A stretch of 64,000 nt of DNA from an uncultured Bacteroidales bacterium. Lineage in GTDB: Bacteria > Bacteroidota > Bacteroidia > Bacteroidales > UBA7960. Where the stretch lies: assembly GCA_964614525.1 (NCBI GenBank), contig CAZTPA010000005.1, positions 5,089 through 69,088 of the forward strand. The letters are read 5' to 3'. Positions 1-10,166 of the stretch are shown here, in pieces. The position numbers were made by a program, and so were the translations under genes. The notes under the pieces were generated by a model that saw nothing but the letters and a program-made list of their open reading frames with translations, did not search any database and was not told the DNA's origin. Position 1 is the first letter of the stretch; every line of letters begins with the position of its first letter.

Positions 1-123
1 AGCCTTTGGCGATATTCGTACCTTAAATCATGCCTGTGATTATTTAATCCGAACTTATACATTTATCATTTTATTATTTACTTTTGTTTGAAATGAATTA
101 ATAACTCATAAATCCTCAAGCAG

Positions 124-831
124 ATGATAAGAAAACTACTTCCTCTGGTAATATTACTTTTCGGAGTTTTTAATACAATAAGTGCGCAAAGAATAATTAT
201 TGAGGAGAAAATTACAGAACAAGATTCAGAACCTTTATTTGGCCCAAACAGGAAGCATTTCATACATTCTTTTCTTAACCTGGGATTTATAATTGGAGAA
301 TCGGAGGGAGAAGGATCCCCGATTATATATGGAAGGTCTATGTCATATGAGTTTGGCAGTAGGTATAAAAGAAAATTGTCAAAGCATTTGTCTCTTGGCA
401 TCGAACTTAGTTATTTAAGACAGTTATATCATATAAAACAAAGTGATGATAAAACCTTCCCTGATGAGTCGATAAATGAATCCCAGCGCTTAGCAATTGA
501 TAATTTTGCTCTTGGCTATTATCATCGGTTTAATTTCGGACGTCGCGGTGATTATGTAGGAAGGTTCCTCGACTTAGGAGTAAATGCTTGTTGGCAGTTT
601 TCTAAAAATGTTAAAACAAAAAATACAATTAATAATTTGGAAATAGAGACTATTGTTTCCGGTTATGATTTTTTTGAACCATTCGTATATAATGCATTTG
701 CAAGAATTGGGGCAAGTATTTTTGTTTTAAAGGGAACATATAGAATTAATGATATTTTCAAAAGCACTTCAGCATATGATGAGTTCCCCCGCTTTAATAT
801 TGCACTGGAAATAGGAATACATCAAATGTAA
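124..831 (+). CDS. Outer membrane beta-barrel domain protein (PorT/OMP_b-brl-like)
   Basis: Signal peptide MIRKLLPLVILLFGVFNTISA; alternating aromatic/glycine beta-strands; C-terminal strand FNIALEIGI. Confidence 0.6.
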   Translation: MIRKLLPLVILLFGVFNTISAQRIIIEEKITEQDSEPLFGPNRKHFIHSFLNLGFIIGESEGEGSPIIYGRSMSYEFGSRYKRKLSKHLSLGIELSYLRQLYHIKQSDDKTFPDESINESQRLAIDNFALGYYHRFNFGRRGDYVGRFLDLGVNACWQFSKNVKTKNTINNLEIETIVSGYDFFEPFVYNAFARIGASIFVLKGTYRINDIFKSTSAYDEFPRFNIALEIGIHQM

Positions 832-832
832 G

Positions 833-1486
833 CTATTGCTTTATGTTCTTTTTCCTGATTATTGATAAACCGTCTCTGAAAGGAAGCATTAAATTCTCAA
901 CACTATCATCATTCTGAACGAGTTTGTTGAATTGAATAAGACTTAAAGTATCAAAATCATTTTTTGCCGGCTGTTCAAGAACTTTGCCGCTCCATAATAC
1001 ATTATCAACCAAAATAAAACCTCCCGGATTTACTTTGTCAATCACTTGTTTGTAGTAATAGACGTAATTAGCTTTGTCTGCATCAATAAATACCAAATCT
1101 AAAGGATCATTTATATTTGGTAAAACTTCAAGTGCATCTCCAATATGCATTACAATTTTCTTTTCAAGATTTGCTTTTTTGAAATATAAACGTGCAAAAT
1201 CTTCAAGTTCTTCGTTGTTTTCGATTGTGTGCAAAATGCCACCATGCACAAGTCCTTGCGCAAGGCAGATAGCCGAATAGCCTGTGTAAGTTCCGATTTC
1301 AAGAATGTACTTAGGTTGTATCATTTGGCTTATTAGCATTAGTAATTTTCCCTGTAGCTTACCGCTCAGCATTCTTGGTTGTAGTACTTTGGCTTGTGTT
1401 TCTCTTGCGAGTTCCATCAATACCAGCATTTCATCATCAGTATGCGATAATGCATATTCTTCTATTTCTTTTGGGATAAAATCCAT
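833..1486 (-). CDS. SAM-dependent O-methyltransferase (Methyltransf_3, caffeoyl-CoA OMT-like)
   Basis: Motifs ILEIGTYTGYSA, DLVFIDADK, VDNVLWSG. Confidence 0.9.
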   Translation of the reverse strand: MDFIPKEIEEYALSHTDDEMLVLMELARETQAKVLQPRMLSGKLQGKLLMLISQMIQPKYILEIGTYTGYSAICLAQGLVHGGILHTIENNEELEDFARLYFKKANLEKKIVMHIGDALEVLPNINDPLDLVFIDADKANYVYYYKQVIDKVNPGGFILVDNVLWSGKVLEQPAKNDFDTLSLIQFNKLVQNDDSVENLMLPFRDGLSIIRKKNIKQ

Positions 1487-1498
1487 AGCTTGAGGTTT

Positions 1499-2722
1499 TT
1501 ATGGTTTGTAAATCAACATGCTCATTTGTTGCGGATCTAAAACATTGTTTGCTGCATCAAGAATATCTGAAGTAGTCACAGCATCTATCTTTTGATAAAT
1601 TTCCTCAAAAGTGTCAATTCTGTCAAAAAGAGTAAGGCTTTTTCCAAACGACATCATCTCATTTAGATTTGACTCAAAAGTAATTGCAACCTGTCCTTTC
1701 AATTGTTGCTTAGCTCTTTTTAACTGCAAGCTTCCAAGTCTTTGCATTCTTAATTTATCCATTTCTTTGTAAGAAAGGGCTATTGCTTTTTCGATGAAGT
1801 TTTTGTCGGTTCCAAGATAAATGCTAAAAATACCTGTGTCTGAATAGGCCTGATAATTACTTTCTATGGAGTAACACATTCCGTGCTTTTCTCTAACAGC
1901 CATGGTTAATCTCGAATTTAAAACCGGTCCTCCCAATAAGTTATTAAGAAGTATCATAGCTGTTTTCATATCATCATTCGCACTATAAGCTCGATTTCCA
2001 ATAACACAATGAACCTGGTGATTTCTTCTTTTTACCACCTTTGTTTGTGGTTGATAACCATTAACTGCAAGTCTCTGCCTTTTTCTCCCTCTGTATGGTA
2101 TATGCCCAAAGTATTTTTCTGATAATTTAATAAGCCTTTTGAAACTAATATTTCCAACAGAACAAATAACCATCTCGTCAGTTGCGTATGTATCTTCAAT
2201 AAAGCTATTTATCTTGCTCCTGTTGAATGTTTTAATGTTTTTGGGGGTTCCCAGTATATTTTTTCCAAGAGGATTATCATTAAATATCAGCTCGTCAAAG
2301 TCATCTATAATTTGTTCTCCCGGCGAATCTTTATATGAATTTATTTCATCAATTACAACATCTTTTTCTTTTTCTACTTCTTTGTCAGGAAAAGTAGAGT
2401 TGAAAATAATATCAGATAAAAGTTCAAACCATCTCGGATAATATGGACTCATAAACGAAGAATAAATACAGGTGTCTTCTTTGGAGGTATATGCATTTAA
2501 TTCTCCTCCCACATTTTCCATATAGCTGAGAACATGATGCGTTTTTCTTTTGCTTGTTCCTTTGAAAATAATATGCTCAATAAAATGAGCCAAGCCTTCT
2601 TCTTTATTTAACTCATCTCTTGAGCCTGTATTTATTGTAAGTCCACAATGTGACAGGTATGAATTAGTTGGTTTATGTACAATCCTGATACCATTATCAA
2701 GGGTATGAAAAAAGTAGCTCAT
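1499..2722 (-). CDS. M16 (pitrilysin/insulinase) family zinc peptidase
   Basis: Inverted zinc motif HFIEH (GLAHFIEHIIFKGT), NAYTSKE, C-terminal SRL..VREKHG..Y. Confidence 0.92.
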   Translation of the reverse strand: MSYFFHTLDNGIRIVHKPTNSYLSHCGLTINTGSRDELNKEEGLAHFIEHIIFKGTSKRKTHHVLSYMENVGGELNAYTSKEDTCIYSSFMSPYYPRWFELLSDIIFNSTFPDKEVEKEKDVVIDEINSYKDSPGEQIIDDFDELIFNDNPLGKNILGTPKNIKTFNRSKINSFIEDTYATDEMVICSVGNISFKRLIKLSEKYFGHIPYRGRKRQRLAVNGYQPQTKVVKRRNHQVHCVIGNRAYSANDDMKTAMILLNNLLGGPVLNSRLTMAVREKHGMCYSIESNYQAYSDTGIFSIYLGTDKNFIEKAIALSYKEMDKLRMQRLGSLQLKRAKQQLKGQVAITFESNLNEMMSFGKSLTLFDRIDTFEEIYQKIDAVTTSDILDAANNVLDPQQMSMLIYKP

Positions 2723-2737
2723 GCGATTACTTTCGGT

Positions 2738-3301
2738 TTATTTTTTAAGTGAGGCAAATCTCATTTTATACTTAACACTCACTTTGCCTTTAATGATGTT
2801 TCCCAGTTTGTTTTTGATGATTCTCCTTTTCAAAGGGGAGATTCTGTTTACCATTACTATACCTTCAATATGATCATATTCGTGCTGAATTATTCTGGCT
2901 GCTATGCCTGAGTATTGCTCTTCATGTTCTATGAAATTTTCATCAAAATATTTGATTTTAATATCAGGTTTTCGGTAAATATCTTCTCTAAGCCCGGGAA
3001 AGCTTAGGCAACCTTCATTAAAAAGAACATCCTCACCGGATTTTTCAGTAATCACCGGATTTATAAAAACTTTTTTAAAACCTTTTAAATCAGGTTCATC
3101 TTCAGCAAATGGATCTGCATCAACAATAAATAATTTTATGCTTTGACCTATTTGTGGAGCTGCCAATCCTACTCCTTCAGCATAATACATAGTTTCCCAC
3201 ATATCCGAAATCAGTTCTTGCAAGCCGGCTTGATCAGCTTTAATTTCTTCAGCTTTTGTGGTTAATACAGGATCACCATATGCAACAATTGGTAAAATCA
3301 T
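2738..3301 (-). CDS. def: Peptide deformylase
   Basis: Motifs GVGLAAPQIG, EGCLS, QHEYDH. Confidence 0.97.
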   Translation of the reverse strand: MILPIVAYGDPVLTTKAEEIKADQAGLQELISDMWETMYYAEGVGLAAPQIGQSIKLFIVDADPFAEDEPDLKGFKKVFINPVITEKSGEDVLFNEGCLSFPGLREDIYRKPDIKIKYFDENFIEHEEQYSGIAARIIQHEYDHIEGIVMVNRISPLKRRIIKNKLGNIIKGKVSVKYKMRFASLKK

Positions 3302-3729
3302 CTTTTGTTATTTGAATTAGACATAAATTCCATATATGATTGAAGTATTAATGTGGCACTTATTGTATCAACAATCGATTTATCTTGTCTCTTTTTCTTT
3401 TTCATGCCGGAATCAATCATACTTTGAAATGCTATAGAAGAAGTAAATCTCTCATCCATTCTTTTAACAGGAATTTCAGGAAATTGTTTTCTTAAATTTT
3501 TAACAAATGGTTCAATAAAGCGGGAAGCATCTGAGGCTTTGTTTTGAAGTGTTCGGGGTTCGCCAACTACAATGCAATCAACATCTTCTGATGTCAGATA
3601 TTTTTTTAAAAAATCAATCACATCTTTTGAGTGAATAGTTGTAAGTCCATTTGCAATCATTTGCAAAGGGTCTGTTACAGCAATACCTGTTCTCTTTTGT
3701 CCAAAATCAATAGCAATGATACGTCCCAT
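3298..3729 (-). CDS. ruvX: Holliday junction resolvase-like protein RuvX/YqgF
   Basis: IIAIDFGQKRTGIA, DERFTS, VDTISATLILQ; start moved to the ATG at 3729 because a TAtcTTTG promoter box overlaps the upstream TTG; 4-bp overlap with def. Confidence 0.93.
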   Translation of the reverse strand: MGRIIAIDFGQKRTGIAVTDPLQMIANGLTTIHSKDVIDFLKKYLTSEDVDCIVVGEPRTLQNKASDASRFIEPFVKNLRKQFPEIPVKRMDERFTSSIAFQSMIDSGMKKKKRQDKSIVDTISATLILQSYMEFMSNSNNKR

Positions 3730-3744
3730 AGTGCTTATATTTTG

Positions 3745-3752
3745 CAAAGATA
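3745..3752 (-). promoter_or_regulatory. Bacteroidota sigma-A -7 box (TATCTTTG) for ruvX-def-M16-OMT operon
   Basis: caaagata on the + strand just upstream of the ruvX ATG. Confidence 0.6.
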
Positions 3753-3881
3753 AGCAAAGTTGACGGAAGTTTTTCTATAGAAATCCTTATGTAAGAATTG
3801 TTGAATGCAATTTGTGTATTTTTAAACTTTTAGAATGATTATTTGTTTTGGATGCAAACACTTGTGTTGGATTATTAATTA

Positions 3882-3889
3882 TAAATTTG
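3882..3889 (+). promoter_or_regulatory. Bacteroidota -7 box (TAAATTTG) for mqnE
   Basis: Matches TAnnTTTG ~25 nt before the ATG. Confidence 0.55.
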
Positions 3890-3913
3890 CATTCAACAAA
3901 ATGATTACTTGTT

Positions 3914-5017
3914 ATGATTGATTTTATTAGTAATAATAATGATATTCAGCTGGAAAATATAAATGATAAAATTCATAGAGGAAAAAGAATTTCTGCAGAT
4001 GATGCTATTTATTTATATAAGAATGCTCCTATGGGCATTGTTGCCTATTTGGCTGATAGCATAAAAAGAAAGCTACATGGTGAAAAGGTGTTTTATAACA
4101 AGAACTTCCATGTAGAACCTACAAATATTTGCGTATTCAATTGTGATTTTTGCTCATTCTCAACTACTGATACAACAAAAGGCTGGAAAAAAAGCCATGA
4201 TGATATAATGGAAATTGTCCGGCAAAAGGGCAATAGCGGTGCAAATGAAATTCATATTACCGGTGGTGCTATCCCTGAGTATAATATAGATTTTTATATT
4301 AAGCTTTTTAACGATATAAAGAAAGAATTTCCAAATATCCATATTAAGGCATTTACAGCCGTTGAAATTAATTATTTTGCACATCTTGCCACATTAGATG
4401 TTGAAGAGGTTCTTATTAGGTTAAAGAAGGCAGGATTAGATTCTATGCCGGGTGGTGGTGCTGAGATTTTTGATGAGATTATTAGAAAAAAAATATGTAA
4501 AAAAAAGCTTTCGGGAGAGCAATGGCTAAAAACTCATGAAATAGCTCATAATAATAATATAAGTTCTAATGCTACCATGCTTTATGGCCACGTAGAAAAT
4601 ATTGAACATAGAATAGATCACCTTTCCAAATTAAGAGATTTACAGGACAAAACTAAAGGTTTTAATGCTTTTATACCTCTGAAATTCAGAAATAAGAATA
4701 ATAGATTGTCTGATGTTCAGGAAACATCAATTATTGACGATTTGAAAACATTTGCTGTAGCAAGAATATTTCTTGATAATATTCCTCATCTTAAAGCATA
4801 TTGGCCAATGATAGGAAAAGATATTGCAAAACTTCTTCTGAATTTTGGAGTAGATGATTTGGATGGAACCATACAAAATACTACTAAAATTTATAGTATG
4901 GCCGGCAGCAAAGAAAGTGAACCGGAAATGACTGAAGATAAGTTAAGAGATTTGATATTTTCAGCCGGATTTAAGGCTGTTGAAAGAGATTCTCTATACA
5001 ATTCTTTACATATTTAA
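3914..5017 (+). CDS. mqnE: Aminofutalosine synthase MqnE (CofH-family radical SAM)
   Basis: CxxxCxxC (NICVFNCDFCSF), HIKAFTAVEI, SMPGGGAEIF, NATMLYGH, HLKAYW, GVDDLDGT. Confidence 0.85.
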   Translation: MIDFISNNNDIQLENINDKIHRGKRISADDAIYLYKNAPMGIVAYLADSIKRKLHGEKVFYNKNFHVEPTNICVFNCDFCSFSTTDTTKGWKKSHDDIMEIVRQKGNSGANEIHITGGAIPEYNIDFYIKLFNDIKKEFPNIHIKAFTAVEINYFAHLATLDVEEVLIRLKKAGLDSMPGGGAEIFDEIIRKKICKKKLSGEQWLKTHEIAHNNNISSNATMLYGHVENIEHRIDHLSKLRDLQDKTKGFNAFIPLKFRNKNNRLSDVQETSIIDDLKTFAVARIFLDNIPHLKAYWPMIGKDIAKLLLNFGVDDLDGTIQNTTKIYSMAGSKESEPEMTEDKLRDLIFSAGFKAVERDSLYNSLHI

Positions 5018-5132
5018 AAATAAATAAATAGATAATCAAACTACATAAATGCTTAATTGTTAAAGTTTTATATTAACATTTATAATGTTGTTTTCAATTA
5101 ATGAAAAAAACAGTTTAAAAGAATTGTTTTTT

Positions 5133-5165
5133 TTTGTAAATGTTTCATAAAAAAATATACTTTTG
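5133..5165 (+). promoter_or_regulatory. Bacteroidota sigma-A promoter (-33 TTTG, -7 TACTTTTG)
   Basis: TTTG 5133-5136 and TACTTTTG 5158-5165, 21-nt spacer. Confidence 0.65.
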
Positions 5166-5187
5166 CAGAAAATAAAACCACAATAAT

Positions 5188-5409
5188 ATGTATTGGACTT
5201 TAGAATTGGCTTCAAAATTGGAAGATGCACCCTGGCCTGCTACTAAAGAAGAGTTAATAGATTATGCTCTTCGGTCCGGGGCACCTATGGAAGTAATAGA
5301 AAATTTGCAGGAAATAGAAGATGAAGGGGATGTTTATGAAAGTATTGAAGACATCTGGCCGGATTATCCTACCAAAGATGATTTTTTCTTCCATGAGGAT
5401 GAGTATTAG
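5188..5409 (+). CDS. DUF2795 domain small protein
   Basis: MYWTLELASKLEDAPWPATKEELIDYA...EDIWPDYP, a highly conserved Bacteroidota 73-aa protein. Confidence 0.9.
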   Translation: MYWTLELASKLEDAPWPATKEELIDYALRSGAPMEVIENLQEIEDEGDVYESIEDIWPDYPTKDDFFFHEDEY

Positions 5410-5432
5410 AAAATTATAACAAGAATCAGACT

Positions 5433-5466
5433 AAGCAAAGCCGGTTATTGCCGGCTTTGCTTTTTT
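5433..5466 (+). terminator. Rho-independent terminator
   Basis: aagcaaagccgg-ttattg-ccggctttgctt followed by T-tract. Confidence 0.85.
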
Positions 5467-5575
5467 ATTACGTTCATTTATTTTATATGAGATTTTTTTA
5501 TTTATTTGAATTAACTTTGTTGGTTGAATAAATAAAGGAATTAAAATATATTACAACAATATAAACAGAAATATT

Positions 5576-8500
5576 ATGCTTAGTGTTTTTAAAAAACTAA
5601 TAGGAAGTAAAGCAGATAGAGATTATAAAGAAATAAAACCTTTATATGAAAAGATTCATATAGCATATGAAAAAATTAAAGATCTTGATAATGACAGTTT
5701 GCGTGCCAAAACACAAGAATTTCGGGACAAAATAGCTGAGAATATTAAAGCTGAAGAGACAGAAATCAGTGCTTTGAGAACCAAAGTTGATAATGAGCCT
5801 GATATGCATGTGAATGAAAAGGAAAAGCTTTATAATCGCATTGATGAACTAGAAAAGACAGAGTATAAAAAGATTGATGAAATGCTTCTTGAAATACTGC
5901 CAGAAGCATTTTCTGTTATAAAAGAGACGGCAAAAAGGTTTAAAGAGAATGAGATTGTTGAAGTTACAGCAAACGATTTTGATAAAGATTTGGCAGCCGA
6001 AAGACCATCTATAGAAATTGCTGGAAATAAAGCTAAATATCGTAATAAATGGATTGCCGGAGGTAATGAAATTCAATGGGATATGGTGCATTATGATGTT
6101 CAGCTTATTGGAGGTATTCATTTGCATTATGGAAAAATTGCTGAGATGGCTACAGGTGAAGGAAAAACACTTGTAGCAACTCTGCCCGTTTATTTAAATG
6201 CACTTCCCGGTAAAGGTGTTCATATTGTTACTGTTAATGATTATTTGGCTAAGCGTGACTCTGAGTGGATGGGAATGATTTTTGAATTTCATGGACTTAA
6301 AGTTGACTGCATAGACAAACATGCTCCTAATTCAGATGAACGTAGAAAAGCTTATATAGCTGATATTACCTATGGTACGAATAATGAATTTGGTTTTGAT
6401 TACCTGCGTGATAATATGGCCAGAAATCCTCATGAATTGGTGCAGCGCAAACATAATTATGTTATAGTGGATGAGGTTGATTCTGTTTTAATTGATGATG
6501 CAAGAACACCGCTTATTATTTCCGGGCCCACTCCTCAAGGAGAAAAACATGAGTTTTATGAGATGAAACCTAAAATTGAAATCTTGGTTTCTGCTCAAAG
6601 AAATTTTGTTACAACTTTGCTTGCAGATGCACGTAAGCTATTAACCCCAAAGGAGGGAACCCCTGATGAAAAAAAAGGCGGGGAATTATTGCTGAGATGC
6701 CATAGAGGCTTGCCCAAAAATAAAGCGCTTATAAAATTTTTATCGGAACCCGGTATAAAAAATATTTTGCAAAAGACTGAGAATTTTTACATGGCTGAGC
6801 AAAATAAGCATATGCACATTATTGATGATGAGTTGTTTTTTGTAATTGATGAAAAAAATAATGTAATTGAACTTACAGATAAAGGTATTGACTTGATTAC
6901 CAGCCAATCTGATGATCCTGATTTTTTTATCCTTCCCGATATAGGAGCAGAAATTGCAGAGCTTGAAAAGTCTAAACTAACACCTGCTGAAAAGGTGGAA
7001 AAAAAGAATCATCTTTTAAATGACTTTTCTGTTAAATCTGAAAGGATACACACTATAAATCAGTTGCTTAAAGCATATACTTTGTTTGAAAAAGATGTTG
7101 AATATGTTATAATGGATAACAAAGTAAAGATTGTTGATGAGCAAACAGGTAGAGTTTTAGAGGGAAGAAGATATAGTGATGGTTTACATCAGGCTATTGA
7201 AGCAAAAGAAAATGTTAAAATTGAGGCCGTAACACAGACTTATGCTACAATTACTTTACAGAATTATTTCAGAATGTATCAAAAACTTGCCGGGATGACC
7301 GGTACTGCCGAAACAGAAGCAGGAGAGTTCTGGAATATTTATAAATTAGATGTTGTTGTAATTCCAACAAACCGGCCAATTGTCAGAGATGACAGGGAAG
7401 ATATGGTTTTTAGAACAGTAAGAGAAAAATATAATGCAACAATAGAAACTATTAATGAATTAATAAATGAAGGGCGAGCCGTATTGGTTGGTACTACTTC
7501 AGTAGAAATATCTGAACTGCTTAGCAGGATGCTTAAGTTGAGAAATATAAAGCATAATATTCTAAATGCCAAGCAGCACCAAAGAGAAGCACAAATTGTT
7601 GCTGATGCAGGTAAGGCCGGTGCAGTTACCATTGCTACTAATATGGCAGGTCGTGGTACTGATATTAAATTGGGGCCGGGAGTTAAAGAAGCTGGTGGTT
7701 TAGCCATTTTGGGTACCGAACGCCATGAGTCACGTAGAGTTGACAGGCAGCTGCGTGGGCGTGCCGGCAGACAGGGTGACCCGGGTTCTTCGCAATTTTT
7801 TGTTTCTCTTGAGGATAATTTAATGCGCCTCTTTGGCTCTGATCGTATCGCTAAGATTATGGACAGAATGGGATATAAAGAGGGTGAAGTAATCCAACAT
7901 TCTATGATTACCAGATCTATTGAAAGAGCCCAGAAAAAAGTTGAGGAAAACCACTTCGGCGTACGTAAAAGACTTCTTGAGTATGATGATGTTATGAATG
8001 CTCAAAGAGAGGTTATATACAGGAAACGTAAAAATGCTTTGTTTGGCGAACGTCTTGCTGTTGATATAGCAAATATGATGTATGACCTTTGTGAACAAAC
8101 TATTATTGAGTATCAGGATTTAGGTGATTATGAAGAGTTTAAGTTTGAAGTTATCAGAGTATTTGGTATTGAAAGTCCTTTCGAAGAAAAAGAATTTTTT
8201 GAAGGAAATTCGGCAAAACTCACCGAACGATTATTCCAGGAAGCTTTAAAGCAGTATAATTATAAATCTAAAATGCTTGCTGAGATTGCTTATCCTGTGA
8301 TTGAAAGGGTTTATGATGAGTCTGCTCAAAAGTTTGAAAATATCGCAATTCCTGTTTCTGATGGTGTTAAAACACTTAATGTTCTTGCCAATCTAAAAAA
8401 AGCATTTGAAACAAAAGGCCAGGAGATTTCCCTATCTGTTGAAAAAGGAATAACACTTGGAATTATTGATGATTCCTGGAAAGATCACTTGCGTGAAATG

Positions 8501-8863
8501 GATGATTTAAAACAATCAGTGCAAAATGCTGCTTATGAGCAAAAAGATCCTTTGTTGATTTATAAATTTGAATCCTTTGAATTATTCCGAAGAATGCTTC
8601 AAAAGGTTAATAAGGATATTATTTCATTCCTGGTAAAAGCACGAATTCCTATCAAAGATCCTGATCAGGTGCGGGCTGCTCAAACGCCTGAGCGAACAGA
8701 CATGAGTAAACTACAAACAGGCCGTAGTGATCTTGGTTCAGCTGAAGGCGGTGGTAAGCGCAAAGCTGTTCCGGTTAGAGTAGAGAAGAAAACAGGAAGA
8801 AATGAGCCTTGCCCTTGCGGAAGTGGTAAAAAATTCAAACATTGCCACGGCCAGGGCCAATAA
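5576..8863 (+). CDS. secA: Preprotein translocase subunit SecA
   Basis: [43 protein letters not shown]-terminal [18 protein letters not shown]; TAACTTTG box at 5512-5519. Confidence 0.98.
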   Translation: MLSVFKKLIGSKADRDYKEIKPLYEKIHIAYEKIKDLDNDSLRAKTQEFRDKIAENIKAEETEISALRTKVDNEPDMHVNEKEKLYNRIDELEKTEYKKIDEMLLEILPEAFSVIKETAKRFKENEIVEVTANDFDKDLAAERPSIEIAGNKAKYRNKWIAGGNEIQWDMVHYDVQLIGGIHLHYGKIAEMATGEGKTLVATLPVYLNALPGKGVHIVTVNDYLAKRDSEWMGMIFEFHGLKVDCIDKHAPNSDERRKAYIADITYGTNNEFGFDYLRDNMARNPHELVQRKHNYVIVDEVDSVLIDDARTPLIISGPTPQGEKHEFYEMKPKIEILVSAQRNFVTTLLADARKLLTPKEGTPDEKKGGELLLRCHRGLPKNKALIKFLSEPGIKNILQKTENFYMAEQNKHMHIIDDELFFVIDEKNNVIELTDKGIDLITSQSDDPDFFILPDIGAEIAELEKSKLTPAEKVEKKNHLLNDFSVKSERIHTINQLLKAYTLFEKDVEYVIMDNKVKIVDEQTGRVLEGRRYSDGLHQAIEAKENVKIEAVTQTYATITLQNYFRMYQKLAGMTGTAETEAGEFWNIYKLDVVVIPTNRPIVRDDREDMVFRTVREKYNATIETINELINEGRAVLVGTTSVEISELLSRMLKLRNIKHNILNAKQHQREAQIVADAGKAGAVTIATNMAGRGTDIKLGPGVKEAGGLAILGTERHESRRVDRQLRGRAGRQGDPGSSQFFVSLEDNLMRLFGSDRIAKIMDRMGYKEGEVIQHSMITRSIERAQKKVEENHFGVRKRLLEYDDVMNAQREVIYRKRKNALFGERLAVDIANMMYDLCEQTIIEYQDLGDYEEFKFEVIRVFGIESPFEEKEFFEGNSAKLTERLFQEALKQYNYKSKMLAEIAYPVIERVYDESAQKFENIAIPVSDGVKTLNVLANLKKAFETKGQEISLSVEKGITLGIIDDSWKDHLREMDDLKQSVQNAAYEQKDPLLIYKFESFELFRRMLQKVNKDIISFLVKARIPIKDPDQVRAAQTPERTDMSKLQTGRSDLGSAEGGGKRKAVPVRVEKKTGRNEPCPCGSGKKFKHCHGQGQ

Positions 8864-8868
8864 GCATT

Positions 8869-9663
8869 TTATTGAGCCTGTGTATAGTCAATTTCAGAAC
8901 CCATCAAACTGTGTGGTATTAGAAATATCACCAGTAAAACTATTGATGCCACCAATACCCATGTTCTGTGTTTTGGGTTTCTGTATGCTTTTATAAGAGC
9001 AAATGCCCAGAATATAAATGCTATTGCAGTTTTATTGTCAGTTAAATCGGTGCCAAACGGCCAACCTGTCCAGTATTCTCCAAAAGCAAATTTTTGCACT
9101 ATAGGTCCGAATATTAAACCTCCAATTATTAGAGTTATAACAGTCAGCATACTGATAATAAAAGTTTTTTCTTTTGCAATAGCAGCAATGCCGGCACGCA
9201 TGCTGAACAACATAGCAGCAAACATGAATATTATATGAGGAATCAGAGCCCAAGCTGGAACATCTCCACGATATCTTATTATCAAAGGTTCTTCAGATAA
9301 TTTCACTTCATTTTCATTATCTTCAAGAAATACCTGGTACATAACTTTGCCTGCCGGATCTTGCTGTGGAATATATGCTATAAGATGTTCTCCTTCTTTT
9401 ACCATGCTAGCATAAGTCCATTCATCATTACTTGGATATCGTTTGTATTTATAATGGCCAGAAATTGATTCGTCTTCGATTTTTACTTTTACTTCTGCAT
9501 CCGATGGTTTTGCGTATGTTCTAATGAGTTTGTAATTTACTTCTTCATTAGCTATTTCAACTTTGCCCCTGTATGGATATGTAGGTCCTGTAGTTCTTTG
9601 ATAATATGCTGTTATCAATGTAATTACTATTGCAATTATCCAATATAATATACTTCTCTTCAT
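8869..9663 (-). CDS. Conserved hypothetical membrane protein (N-terminal TM, soluble domain, ~4 C-terminal TMs)
   Basis: 264-aa ORF with typical composition, hydrophobic segments and motif WTGWPFGTDLTDNKT. Confidence 0.75.
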   Translation of the reverse strand: MKRSILYWIIAIVITLITAYYQRTTGPTYPYRGKVEIANEEVNYKLIRTYAKPSDAEVKVKIEDESISGHYKYKRYPSNDEWTYASMVKEGEHLIAYIPQQDPAGKVMYQVFLEDNENEVKLSEEPLIIRYRGDVPAWALIPHIIFMFAAMLFSMRAGIAAIAKEKTFIISMLTVITLIIGGLIFGPIVQKFAFGEYWTGWPFGTDLTDNKTAIAFIFWAFALIKAYRNPKHRTWVLVASIVLLVIFLIPHSLMGSEIDYTQAQ

Positions 9664-9737
9664 CCTTTGATTTTTTTATATTTATAATCACAGTAAAAAT
9701 ACTAAATATGAGATATCGGATTAGAGTTTTTTTTAAT

Positions 9738-9815
9738 CACTACTGTCCGGATAAAATATTTTGAAACGAATGAATGACAATATTGATAATAATTGATTTT
9801 AACCGGACAGTAGTG
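9738..9815. mobile_element. MITE-like element with terminal inverted repeats, IS4-family-like ends
   Basis: cactactgtccggataaaat ... attttaaccggacagtagtg (one mismatch; pairing extends to 22/23 over 9735-9818); flanks ttttttaat / atttttaat resemble a 9-bp TSD. Confidence 0.6.
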
Positions 9816-9908
9816 ATTTTTAATTTTAAATGTAACCGATGACGTTGCACTAGCTTTATGCTATTCATTATATTTTATATTAATTAGAATGACGGAGCAT
9901 TTTCCACC

Positions 9909-9946
9909 GGATCTCTCACTTCGCTATCGCTCCATTACTAATGACA
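9909..9946 (-). repeat. GTCAT-type REP-like palindromic element (degenerate)
   Basis: Reverse complement tgtcattagtaatggagcgatagcgaagtgagagatcc has the GTCAT...GAGCG-ATA-GCGAAG...ATC layout. Confidence 0.5.
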
Positions 9947-10105
9947 ACTGTATTTTAAATGCTGTATATCAATTATTTTAAAAAATAATTTTAATAGGAC
10001 AGGTCAAGTCCGGCCAATACATCCGGCCTGGTGCGATGTCATTCCACATCGACGACTCAAAGGCTGGGTCTGAACATTCGAGATGACGTGCAACACATTG
10101 ATAAT

Positions 10106-10146
10106 AAGGGATAAAAAGGGCGGCGCAGCCGCCCTTTTTATCCCTT
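10106..10146. repeat. Perfect 19-bp-stem hairpin
   Basis: aagggataaaaagggcggc-gca-gccgccctttttatccctt. Confidence 0.9.
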
Positions 10147-10166
10147 TCCCTTTGTAAAATGCACCT

